Part shown: one piece after another, positions 38,035 to 45,548 of the stretch
Layout of the letters: each line of letters opens with the position of its first letter
How positions within the stretch are numbered: position 1 is the first letter of the stretch
Source: an uncultured Dehalococcoidales bacterium
GTDB taxonomy: Bacteria; Chloroflexota; Dehalococcoidia; GIF9; AB-539-J10
Assembly (NCBI GenBank): GCA_964625765.1
Contig: CAZVCS010000002.1
Span: forward strand, 1-45,548
DNA length: 45,548 nt
Reading direction: 5' to 3'
Translations under genes and position numbers: made by a program
The notes under the pieces: generated by a model
The model's database searches: none
What the model saw: the letters and a program-made list of their open reading frames with translations, nothing else
What the model was told of the DNA's origin: nothing

Positions 38035-38703
38035 TTACTTGACCCTGATCCGTATCACGATGTCACCCTGGCAGCCATCCGTGACCCGGCACGCGTTTGT
38101 CAGCTTGACGATGCTTCCCGTCTTCACTCCGGCCGGCACCGTCACCTCCAGCCTGCGGCCATTCCTCGTGAGGCGCTTGCGCGTACCTTTCTCGGCTTCC
38201 TCGGCGGTGACGGTGAGCTCGTACCTGACGGTCTTCGATGGCTCCTCTGGCGGCCTGCCACCGAACAAGTCATCAAGGTTGAAGGCTCTGGTTCCCGCTC
38301 TCCCAGAGCGGCCTGCGCCAGCCTTGCCGAGATTCCCGAACGAAACCCTGTAGCCCCTCCCTCTCAACGCATCCCCGAATATCCCGTCCAGGAAACTGAG
38401 ATTCAGGCCCAGGCCTCCGAAGTCGCGCATGACGCCCTCGAAGGTAGACCGGGTGCTGCTGCTGCCGAAGATGTCGCCCAGGTCACCGGCGGTGCCAAAC
38501 TGGTCGTACTGCTTGCGCTTGTCCGGGTCGCCCAGTACCCCATACGCCTCATTGATCTCTTTGAAGCGCTCGGTGGCCTCTTTCTCCTTGCCGGGGTTGC
38601 GATCCGGGTGGTACTTCATCGCCAGCCGGCGGTACGCCTTCTTGATATCGGTGTCGGTGGCGGAGCGGCTGACTCCGAGCGTCTCGTAGTAGTCTCTGGC
38701 CAT
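38035..38703 (-). CDS. J-domain co-chaperone (DnaJ/CbpA-like, no zinc-finger domain)
   Basis: 222 aa from [37 protein letters not shown] (HPD motif). A G/F-like linker and one DnaJ C-terminal-like beta domain follow. No CxxCxGxG repeats are present. Confidence 0.85.
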   Translation of the reverse strand: MARDYYETLGVSRSATDTDIKKAYRRLAMKYHPDRNPGKEKEATERFKEINEAYGVLGDPDKRKQYDQFGTAGDLGDIFGSSSTRSTFEGVMRDFGGLGLNLSFLDGIFGDALRGRGYRVSFGNLGKAGAGRSGRAGTRAFNLDDLFGGRPPEEPSKTVRYELTVTAEEAEKGTRKRLTRNGRRLEVTVPAGVKTGSIVKLTNACRVTDGCQGDIVIRIRVK

Positions 38704-38710
38704 ACGAGGT

Positions 38711-38719
38711 ATTGTAGCA
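38711..38719 (-). promoter_or_regulatory. extended -10 element 7 nt upstream of the J-protein ATG (leaderless candidate)
   Basis: Reverse strand TGCTACAAT-acctcgt-ATG, with no SD. Confidence 0.5.
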
Positions 38720-38911
38720 TCGAGCGCAGGCCCCACAATACGAGAGGTAGACACTCGCCCCGGAGGGCTCCGGTTATCGGGCGGAGGAATACCACATCTG
38801 GGTGGCAAGCGGCTCCGGTGTGCTGCATCGGGCGCCGGCCCCGACGCGACGGCGGTGCCGCACGGCCCCATCCGGCGCCAGTGCTTCGACGACAAGGGGT
38901 ATCGAGCTGCT

Positions 38912-39604
38912 TCAGCGTGGGCCGAAGAGTGCTCTGCCGACCCGTACCATCGTTGCGCCTTCCTCAATGGCTACGTCGTACGAGTCGCTCGTGCCCATCG
39001 AGAGATGCTGCATCGCACCGCCGGTGATGTCCGTAGCCTTGAGTCGCTCGAACAGGCGCCTGGTGTTCTGGAAGTACGGGCGGTACTGCTCGGGCTCCGA
39101 TAGAAGGGGCCCCATCGTCATCAGGCCCGCAACCTGAAGATGCGTCAATCGGGAGACGTCGTGCACGAGCCGTTCTGCCGCCTCGGGATCAACGCCTGAC
39201 TTCTGCCGCTCGCTCGCGCTGTTGACCTCGATCAGCACGGGAAGGCGCTTCCCGATGGCGGCGGCCACTCGGTCGACGCGCACCGCGAGCTCGAACGAGT
39301 CGAGGCTCTGAACCATGTCGAACAGCCTCATATTGGCCGCACGCACGTCATGGGGGCGCAGACGTCCGATGAGATGCACTCGGGCGATGCCGGTCAGATG
39401 CGGCGCCACACGGCGCGCATCCACCATGTAGTTCTGGCCGACATCGCGGAGCCCGGCGTTGACGGCCTCCAGGACCTCCTCGATCGAACGCCCCTTGCAC
39501 ACGGCAACCACGGTTACGTGCGCTGGAATCCGCCCAAGAATCAGACGAGTTCGCGCTGCAATGTCGGACACGCTGGCACCGCTTCCTCGAAGCCTCCCTC
39601 GCAT
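38912..39604 (-). CDS. yggS: YggS-family pyridoxal-phosphate homeostasis protein
   Basis: 230 aa from MRGRLRG... Motifs VVAVCKGRS (PLP lysine), [16 protein letters not shown] and [23 protein letters not shown]. An extended -10, TGCTACCAT, lies on the reverse strand at 39621-39629. Confidence 0.85.
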   Translation of the reverse strand: MRGRLRGSGASVSDIAARTRLILGRIPAHVTVVAVCKGRSIEEVLEAVNAGLRDVGQNYMVDARRVAPHLTGIARVHLIGRLRPHDVRAANMRLFDMVQSLDSFELAVRVDRVAAAIGKRLPVLIEVNSASERQKSGVDPEAAERLVHDVSRLTHLQVAGLMTMGPLLSEPEQYRPYFQNTRRLFERLKATDITGGAMQHLSMGTSDSYDVAIEEGATMVRVGRALFGPR

Positions 39605-39647
39605 GCGGCAGGGGCAGTGAATGGTAGCAGGTTCGCCGCCCCGGGGT

Positions 39648-39656
39648 TGGTATAAT
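39648..39656 (+). promoter_or_regulatory. extended -10 element upstream of the GT2 operon
   Basis: TGGTATAAT. The ATG at 39655 used by the ORF track lies inside this box, so I prefer the next ATG at 39688 as the start. Confidence 0.5.
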
Positions 39657-39687
39657 GGCACGGCAGCCCGACTCACTCGACCAGCCT

Positions 39688-40389
39688 ATGGACACGAGCA
39701 GCAGTCCGCAGACAGCGACTATCGTGGTCGTGATTCCCGCCCTGAATGAGGCATCCACCATCGGCATGGTGCTCGACGAGATCCCTGTCGACGAGTTGTC
39801 CAACCAGGGCTACCGTACGCGAGTGCTGGTGGTGGACAACGGCAGCACCGATGGGACCTCCGATGTCGCCTTGGGGCGGCAGGCGGAAGTCGTCGTAGAG
39901 CCGCTGCGAGGCAAGGGCAGGGCGATGCGGAGGGCGTTTCAGGAAGCCAGGGGAGACTACGTCTTCATGCTGGATGGCGATGCCACGTATCCGGCAACAC
40001 ATATCCCGGAGATGGTGGCTCTGCTGGCGGATGGCTGCGACGTTGTCACCGGTTCACGACTGAGGGGCAGGCGGGCCCCTGGCTCCATCAGTGCGCTCAA
40101 CGTGGTTGGCAACCACCTGCTGACATGGCTCGCCTGTCTGCTCTACGGCCGGAGGATCAGCGATCTCTGCACCGGGTACTGGGGCTTCCGCGCCGCCGTG
40201 CTGCCGCTTCTCCACCTTCGCGCAAGCGGATTCAATCTCGAGGCCGAGCTGTTCGCCGAGGTCGTCCGAAACCACCTTTCGCTGCGTGAAGTCCCCATCA
40301 ACTACCGTCGCCGGCCTACGCCCACCAAGCTGCGGTCGCTTCGCGACGGAGTTCGGATTGCCCGGACGCTCTTCACGAAGAGGTTCTGA
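39688..40389 (+). CDS. GT2 glycosyltransferase, polyprenyl/dolichyl-phosphate sugar synthase-like (DPM1/Alg5/AglK-like)
   Basis: 233 aa. IVVVIPALNEASTIG, VLVVDNGSTDGTSDVA, GKGRAM, and the DXD-type motif FMLDGDATY. No TM segment is evident. Confidence 0.78.
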   Translation: MDTSSSPQTATIVVVIPALNEASTIGMVLDEIPVDELSNQGYRTRVLVVDNGSTDGTSDVALGRQAEVVVEPLRGKGRAMRRAFQEARGDYVFMLDGDATYPATHIPEMVALLADGCDVVTGSRLRGRRAPGSISALNVVGNHLLTWLACLLYGRRISDLCTGYWGFRAAVLPLLHLRASGFNLEAELFAEVVRNHLSLREVPINYRRRPTPTKLRSLRDGVRIARTLFTKRF

Positions 40390-40393
40390 CGCG

Positions 40394-41407
40394 ATGGCTG
40401 ACGTGGGTGGCGATACGGCCGCGGAGCCGGCAGGCGACGGAGGTGTGCGAGGCTGCAGCATCTCTCTCGTCATACCGTGTTACAGCCTTGAACGCTCGGC
40501 CGACCTGCTTGCGCTGCTCGAGAGCATCGAAAGGCAGACCGCGCCCATCGATGAGTTGCTCGTCGTCGTTCAGAAGTCCGAGCCATTGGTGGCTCTTGTT
40601 CGACAGCGGCTGACTGCGATGCAACTCCCCGAGGCCCGCGCCATCTACCTTGATGCCGAGCCGCGCGTCACGGTGGCGCGGAACCACGCGGTGCGCCAGG
40701 CCCGGGGAGATGTCATCGCGTTCGCCGACGACGATTCAGTCCTGGCCGAGAGTTGGTGTAGCGAGACGAGGCGGTTCTACGCCGAGTTCCCGGAGGCGGT
40801 GGGGGCGGCGGGGGCGATATTGCCGCTGTGGGACACACTATCGATGGCCTGGTTTCCGCGAGAACTGTACTGGATGCTGTCCTGCACCTACTGGCGCTCG
40901 GAGCGACCTGAGGTCGTCCGCAATGGGTACGGCGCCAACATGTCCTTCCGCCGTGCCGCATTCGATAACGGACGGTTATTCAGCGAGACTCTCGGCATCT
41001 CAGGGTGGGGTGGGAGTGGATGGCACGGCGTTGGAGGGGAGGAACCGGAGTTCGCGAGCCGCGTCACCAGGGAGACCGGTGGTCTGATCTACTTCGTACC
41101 GGACATAATCGCATGGCATCGGGTGCGCCGGTACCGGCTGGCCCTGCCTGCGCTCGCGCGCCGTGCCTACTGGGAAGGGCGGTTCAAGGCTGCCTTTCGC
41201 AGAGAGGGAACAGGGTCCGAGAGACCGCTCGAGACGGAACGCCAACTGCTTGCGATGCTTCCGCGGAGCGGTGCTTCCCGCCTGCGTCAGTTTGGTTCGA
41301 CTCCGTTGCTCGCCTTGCGTCAGCAGGGCGTCGTGTGCTTTTCACTCGCCTGCGTGGCAGCCGGTTTCGTAGAGGGAACGGCAAGGCGCACTCGCATCCG
41401 GCACTGA
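40394..41407 (+). CDS. GT2 glycosyltransferase
   Basis: 337 aa from MADVGGD..., starting 4 nt after the previous stop. ISLVIPCYSLERSADLL, DXD motif AFADDDSV, and NGYGANMSFRR. The upstream part of track ORF 40286..41407 overlaps the previous gene. Confidence 0.78.
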   Translation: MADVGGDTAAEPAGDGGVRGCSISLVIPCYSLERSADLLALLESIERQTAPIDELLVVVQKSEPLVALVRQRLTAMQLPEARAIYLDAEPRVTVARNHAVRQARGDVIAFADDDSVLAESWCSETRRFYAEFPEAVGAAGAILPLWDTLSMAWFPRELYWMLSCTYWRSERPEVVRNGYGANMSFRRAAFDNGRLFSETLGISGWGGSGWHGVGGEEPEFASRVTRETGGLIYFVPDIIAWHRVRRYRLALPALARRAYWEGRFKAAFRREGTGSERPLETERQLLAMLPRSGASRLRQFGSTPLLALRQQGVVCFSLACVAAGFVEGTARRTRIRH

Positions 41408-41499
41408 GGCAGAGGCTTTCTCCGTGACCGCATGGCCGCGCCGGCGCTCACGACAGGCCTATTCCAGCCTCGTCAAGGAGACTGCTGGCGCGCCGGACG

Positions 41500-42783
41500 C
41501 TACCGTGCGTCCCATGCGCCTCTGCGCAGTGCCAGGATCAGCACCGCACTGACGCCGTGCAGGATCAGGTACACCAACCCGACGGCCTCCAGCCCGCCGG
41601 TCCGGATGAGCCACCAGCTCAGCCCGATGATGGCAATCGTCAGAGCTGTTCTCCACGCAAGCACTTCATTGAGTTGACCGCGCACCCGGAGCGCGGCGAA
41701 GTGCACGCGCTCGATGGTCATCGGGAGACTGGTCACGGCAAGGATGCGCAACAGATCGAGAGAACGTTCAGAGTAGCCCGCGCCGAAAGTGAAGAGCACC
41801 CATCCTCCGAAGAGCAACAGGAGCAAGCATGCCGGGATCAGAAGGGCGTAGCTCATTATCAATGCCTGGCTCACGTGTCGTCGAAGCGCACGTTTGTCGT
41901 AGGAAGCTTCAGCGAAGAGCGACTGGGCCACAGACCCGGGGATGAGGTACAGCACAGTGGCCACCGCCCACGCAACGTAGAAGAAGCCGTTCTCCTCGGG
42001 GCCGAGCACCGTGATGACTATAAGAGGCATGGCATACCGTGGCATCGTGGTGACCAGCGTGATGGCATAGCTCAGACCCGAGAAGCCCCAGGCCCTCCGA
42101 ACCAGCCTGGCGCCAAAGGCTGGCTTGAACGCGTAGCCTGGTATGGCGCGCGGTACGAGCACAAGAAGTGCAACCACTGCGGCAGCCGCCGTAGCGATGC
42201 CCCAGCTCGCCACGATGCCGAAGGCATGGAAGTGGCTGACGAAGAGCAGGGGAAGCCCGACCTTCACGAGGCTGAAAGCCGTGTCCTTGATCACCAGCAG
42301 GTGCGACGTGCGGCGGGCGACGAGTGCACCGCCAGCGGTGCTGGAGACGTTCGCAGCTACGCAGAAGCACAGAAACGCCGCCAGGAACACGGGCTGGCGC
42401 GCGACGAAGCTGATCTCCGTCGACCACGTTGCCAAACCTGCGGCGCTGACCAGCGAGACAACAAGCGCGGCGATTGCCGAATACGTCAGGCACGTGTTGA
42501 GCAACTCGACGGGAGTCTCAGAGCGCGAAAGAAATCGCACCAGAAACGAGTCAAGGCCGATATGTGCGGCAAGGGCAACAAGTGAGATGGTCGAGATGAT
42601 TGCCGAGCTGTAGCCGACCTCGGCCTCTGTGTAGAAGCGCGCCACCACCACCCAGAAGAAGAACCCGAGCAGGGCCATGCCCGCCTGGGAAAGCATGATG
42701 AAGAAGGCGTTGGAGTAGAGCGAAGAGCGGGCACTGTGGCGGACGAAGTCCACATAGCGGGTCAGCTTGCCGTTGTCTTGCAC
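41500..42783 (-). CDS. MOP-superfamily oligosaccharide/polysaccharide flippase (Wzx/AglR-like)
   Basis: 427 aa and multi-spanning (about 12 hydrophobic segments), with the composition and organisation of Polysacc_synt family flippases. GTG start with GGAG 9 nt upstream. It begins 42 nt downstream of the OST stop. Confidence 0.75.
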   Translation of the reverse strand: MQDNGKLTRYVDFVRHSARSSLYSNAFFIMLSQAGMALLGFFFWVVVARFYTEAEVGYSSAIISTISLVALAAHIGLDSFLVRFLSRSETPVELLNTCLTYSAIAALVVSLVSAAGLATWSTEISFVARQPVFLAAFLCFCVAANVSSTAGGALVARRTSHLLVIKDTAFSLVKVGLPLLFVSHFHAFGIVASWGIATAAAAVVALLVLVPRAIPGYAFKPAFGARLVRRAWGFSGLSYAITLVTTMPRYAMPLIVITVLGPEENGFFYVAWAVATVLYLIPGSVAQSLFAEASYDKRALRRHVSQALIMSYALLIPACLLLLLFGGWVLFTFGAGYSERSLDLLRILAVTSLPMTIERVHFAALRVRGQLNEVLAWRTALTIAIIGLSWWLIRTGGLEAVGLVYLILHGVSAVLILALRRGAWDAR

Positions 42784-42825
42784 GACTCAGTCTCCGCTTG
42801 CACCGCCGGGTTGGGGCGCCGAGGT

Positions 42826-45168
42826 TCACACGCCTGCAACCTGGAAGACCCTCACTGCCGGGATGTCACGTCCACTGACGTCGGTCGTTTCGTGCGACTC
42901 GAACACGAGGGTGTACTGTGCCAGGGCATCCAGTGGTACGCACGACACAGACGGGTCCGAACTCACCAGCCTCAAGTGGTCGCTGCCATCGTTCTGCATG
43001 AATGCCAGCGCCTCGTCGTAAGAAGGGAACCGCTCGAGACCGACGATGAGTTTCTCCGCTCCGGGGAGGCCCCCGCTGTCTTCGTACCGGATGACGCGAA
43101 AGTTCTCCGGCGCCGCAGCCTTCCCTGCCAGACACTGCAAACGCACGAGCGTGCTCTGAAAGTACGCCGGGTAATACAGGACGATGCTCTCGAGTCCCGA
43201 CCCGGAGGTTCGTTGCGAGTAGATGTCGAAGTACTCGCCGTGCTCCTCTCCCACCCACGCAGCCACCGCGTTGAACGTCGCGACGCTGGTGCGTGCATCG
43301 GTGACGACGTAGCGCGAGTCGAGCGACTTGAGCATCTCGATTCCCTCAGCCTCGGACGTCGACAGGAAGTACCGGGCCGCCGTCTTCGCTCCCTCCTGAA
43401 AAGGATTGGCGATAGGGATGCGATGGCTCACGCGTGTTATCCAGTGGCCGTAGTCCCACCATGCCATGACGCTCCACGCCTGCTCAGGGTAGTCGTAATC
43501 TTCGCGCGCGGGAGGCGGGTCGTACAACCGGTAGTAGCTTCCTGGCTCGAGCGGGTCGGGAGTGTTGTCTCGCAGCCACTCCAGGGTTTCGTACCAGCCT
43601 GCTGTCATGGTCGCGCGCTCAACGGCGAAATTGCGGGCCATGCTCAGGCATGGCGCGCCGATGGTCACGATGAACGCCGTGACGAGCGCCGCGACAAGGG
43701 TCGCTGCACCACGTCTCTCCGCTTGCCGGGCACGCGCCGTCCTGCGAGCCGCCTTGCTGCCGGTGGCGGCGGCAGCCTTGACACTCCGTGCGAGTGATTG
43801 GACACGCGACTGGACGTAGTCGCTACCCCAGATCCAGGCTGCAAGCAATCCCGTCAGGATGGCCGCACTAACAGAGTAGTAGTAGCCGAACCGGCGCTGC
43901 AGCAGAACCGCCAACAGCATACAGAGGCTCCACACCACGAAGAGCGTGACGTCGTTCCCGTGAGGGGCGCGCCGCGAGCGCAGCAGAAGAACGAGAGCCA
44001 GAATCGATGCTGGAAGCACGGTGACGAAGTTCGTCCACGCGACGCGCAGCGTGAAGTGCCCCCCCGGCAGAAAGAGTGGGTGCATCTCGGTGATGGTGAG
44101 ACCGGTCCCGGTCGGCACCAGGAAGTCAATCGCACTTCGCGCGTACTGCAGCACAGCCGGCGCGACCAGCGCGATGGCACAGAGACAGAGCAGGACGAGG
44201 CTGCACAGCGCTATCAGGAGCCTTCTCGGCGACCACTGGCGACGACGGGCAAGTACGCCCAGTCCCTTCAGGGCCGCCGGAGCCGCGATTGTCGCAGTCA
44301 GGGCGGCAATGTAGAGCGCCGGCATCCAGTGAGTAGCAATGAGCGGACTGACCATCAGACCGCCGATCAGCGTTGCGGTCGAACAGACCACCACCACGTC
44401 ATCGGTGCCGGAGCCGCGCACGTAGCTGTGTACTGAGCGTACGACCGTGTAGGCCAGTATGACGGCGAGCAACAGCAGGCCGCCGCGCCAGCCCACAAGA
44501 TAGAGCCCGAGCGAAACGCCGGACAGACAGGAGTAGAGCAGGGTGCGCCGGGCCGAACGTACTCCTCGAGTGTGGAAGCTATCCAGTGTCACGTTCTCGG
44601 CGCGGGCGGCTCGCGTGGCGAGTAGCATGAACAGCAGAGTCAGGGTTGAGAAGAGGGCCTCGGTCATGTGGTGGTCGGTGAATCCGAAGAGCGACCGCGA
44701 AAGGAACTCTCCGGGCATTGTTGCCAGCACGAGAGCGGCGACGGCTCCCGCGACGATACCGCCGAGGCGTCGCGCGATGAAGTACGCCGGCACAATGGTG
44801 AGCGTTCCTGCCAGCGCCGGATACAGAGCGCCGGCCATGTCCACGGCGTGAACCGAGGGGTTGAGTCCCCCGATGAGCATAGACGTAATGGCAATGAGCC
44901 ACCGGGTGAGGGGGTGGAACGGGGGTTCGACTCCGTGAGGATAGAAGGTGTACGGGTCGAACGCAGTCGTGTGTGGGAAATTCGCGAGGAGGTTGTCCAC
45001 CAGTCGCATGTGGTACCAGCCGTCGAACTCGCGGAACCACACGTTGCCGTCGACAACGACGTTCGGATAGGGCCACGCGATGCGAACAGCCAGCGCGATG
45101 GCCACGCAGATGCCGATGACCATCAGGGCAGCCACGGAGTCAGAGGACGTCAGGCGATTGTGCTGCAT
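42826..45168 (-). CDS. STT3/AglB/PglB-family oligosaccharyltransferase (GT-C fold, CAZy GT66), archaeal AglB-like motif set
   Basis: 780 aa. The N-terminal ~520 aa are polytopic membrane and the C-terminal ~260 aa are soluble. All catalytic hallmarks are present in order: EFD (res 47-49, nt 45022-45030), FGFTDHH (D165/H167, nt 44668-44676), TITE = TIXE (res 358-361, nt 44086-44097), and WWDYGHWI (res 570-577; WWDYG at nt 43447-43461). Confidence 0.9.
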   Translation of the reverse strand: MQHNRLTSSDSVAALMVIGICVAIALAVRIAWPYPNVVVDGNVWFREFDGWYHMRLVDNLLANFPHTTAFDPYTFYPHGVEPPFHPLTRWLIAITSMLIGGLNPSVHAVDMAGALYPALAGTLTIVPAYFIARRLGGIVAGAVAALVLATMPGEFLSRSLFGFTDHHMTEALFSTLTLLFMLLATRAARAENVTLDSFHTRGVRSARRTLLYSCLSGVSLGLYLVGWRGGLLLLAVILAYTVVRSVHSYVRGSGTDDVVVVCSTATLIGGLMVSPLIATHWMPALYIAALTATIAAPAALKGLGVLARRRQWSPRRLLIALCSLVLLCLCAIALVAPAVLQYARSAIDFLVPTGTGLTITEMHPLFLPGGHFTLRVAWTNFVTVLPASILALVLLLRSRRAPHGNDVTLFVVWSLCMLLAVLLQRRFGYYYSVSAAILTGLLAAWIWGSDYVQSRVQSLARSVKAAAATGSKAARRTARARQAERRGAATLVAALVTAFIVTIGAPCLSMARNFAVERATMTAGWYETLEWLRDNTPDPLEPGSYYRLYDPPPAREDYDYPEQAWSVMAWWDYGHWITRVSHRIPIANPFQEGAKTAARYFLSTSEAEGIEMLKSLDSRYVVTDARTSVATFNAVAAWVGEEHGEYFDIYSQRTSGSGLESIVLYYPAYFQSTLVRLQCLAGKAAAPENFRVIRYEDSGGLPGAEKLIVGLERFPSYDEALAFMQNDGSDHLRLVSSDPSVSCVPLDALAQYTLVFESHETTDVSGRDIPAVRVFQVAGV

Positions 45169-45191
45169 CTTCGTCGTGGGCGGCAGGCGCG

Positions 45192-45220
45192 ATTATAGGG
45201 GAAGGTAGAGACACACGCAA
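45192..45220 (-). promoter_or_regulatory. sigma-70-type promoter of the OST-flippase operon
   Basis: Reverse strand: TTGCGT (45215-45220), 17-nt spacer, TATAAT (45192-45197). It lies 23 nt upstream of the ATG at 45168. Confidence 0.55.
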
Positions 45221-45494
45221 TGGACCGGGCAGGCTGGTGGCTCAGGTTGCGCGACGCGGTAACCGTCGACGGTGCCTCGCTGAGTCGAGACCTGGGCGCA
45301 GCTTTGCCCCGAGGTTCGATGGAGAAGTGTGATGAGCGGCGGAGCCGGCGTGGCGACCACGGCAGCAAGAACCACAGGCGCCGGCGGATGATGGTCACCA
45401 AGGATCAGATGCAGGAAGAACGTATGTCGCACGCAGCTAGGGCGACGGAGAAGCGGTGAAACTACTTGAACGTAGCAGAGAAGGGCGGGGCCAT

Positions 45495-45548
45495 GAGCCG
45501 CCAGGGGATCGAACCCTGAACCTGCTGATTAAGAGTCAGCTGCTCTAC
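45495..45548 (-). tRNA. tRNA-Lys (anticodon CTT), 3' two-thirds only (5' end lies beyond the window)
   Basis: Reverse strand ...GTAGAGCAGCTGACTCTTAATCAGCAGGTTCAGGGTTCGATCCCCTGGCGGCTCA. Anticodon arm GCTGA-CTCTTAA-TCAGC, T arm CAGGG-TTCGATC-CCCTG, acceptor 3' strand GCGGCTC plus discriminator A. CCA is not encoded. Confidence 0.85.

Noticed and set aside
41557-43797. Forward ORFs of 342 aa (41557..42585) and 353 aa (42736..43797).
   Set aside because: They are antisense to the flippase and the OST. They are hydrophilic Arg-rich translations of the complement of membrane-protein codons.
45220-45459. A 79-aa very basic forward ORF (RRSRRGDHGSKNHRRRRMM) in the spacer between tRNA-Lys and the OST promoter.
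   Set aside because: It has decent G/C third-position bias, but its ATG overlaps the -35 of the OST promoter. It has no SD and no recognisable family, and two equally long reverse ORFs cover the same DNA. This is insufficient evidence to call it.

Overview
GC-rich bacterial chromosomal segment. The 16S rRNA signatures and gene content look Chloroflexota-like, which is an inference from reading the sequence, not a search result. Most of the window is core housekeeping. Left to right: a partial ORF; the rluD-lspA-dksA-like operon (- strand); a CIRCE-controlled hrcA-grpE-dnaK operon that ends in a PEPCK-family gene instead of dnaJ; glyA, prs and secA; a PolX N-terminal-only ORF and an unknown ORF; corA-coaX-coaBC-valS (- strand); a solitary 16S rRNA gene with no 23S, 5S or spacer tRNA attached, bracketed by a 31-32 bp processing stem; rny-ymdB; macrodomain-prfA-prmC; a 4-hydroxybutyryl-CoA dehydratase; thyX; a ybaK-like deacylase; an NYN protein; fabF plus a double-hotdog dehydratase; tRNA-Leu(TAG); a cupin; an HD / small ORF / short MetE-like operon divergent from an MBL-fold gene; a zinc-ribbon protein; a J-domain plus DRG/TGS-GTPase operon; yggS. 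The stand-out is the right-hand ~6 kb (39.6-45.2 kb). There, two GT2 glycosyltransferases are convergent with an STT3/AglB-type oligosaccharyltransferase and a Wzx/AglR-like flippase. The transferase carries the EFD, DHH, TITE and WWDYG motifs, and its second metal motif is the archaeal DxH form. This looks like an OST-dependent N-glycosylation locus in a non-proteobacterial bacterium. A partial tRNA-Lys(CTT) sits at the right edge. I saw no CRISPR array, transposase, integrase or phage genes. Many long ORFs in the supplied track are antisense or alternate-frame shadows of real genes in this GC-rich DNA. Promoters of the TTGnnn-17-TAnnnT type, often with an extended -10 (TGn), are recognisable in most intergenic gaps.
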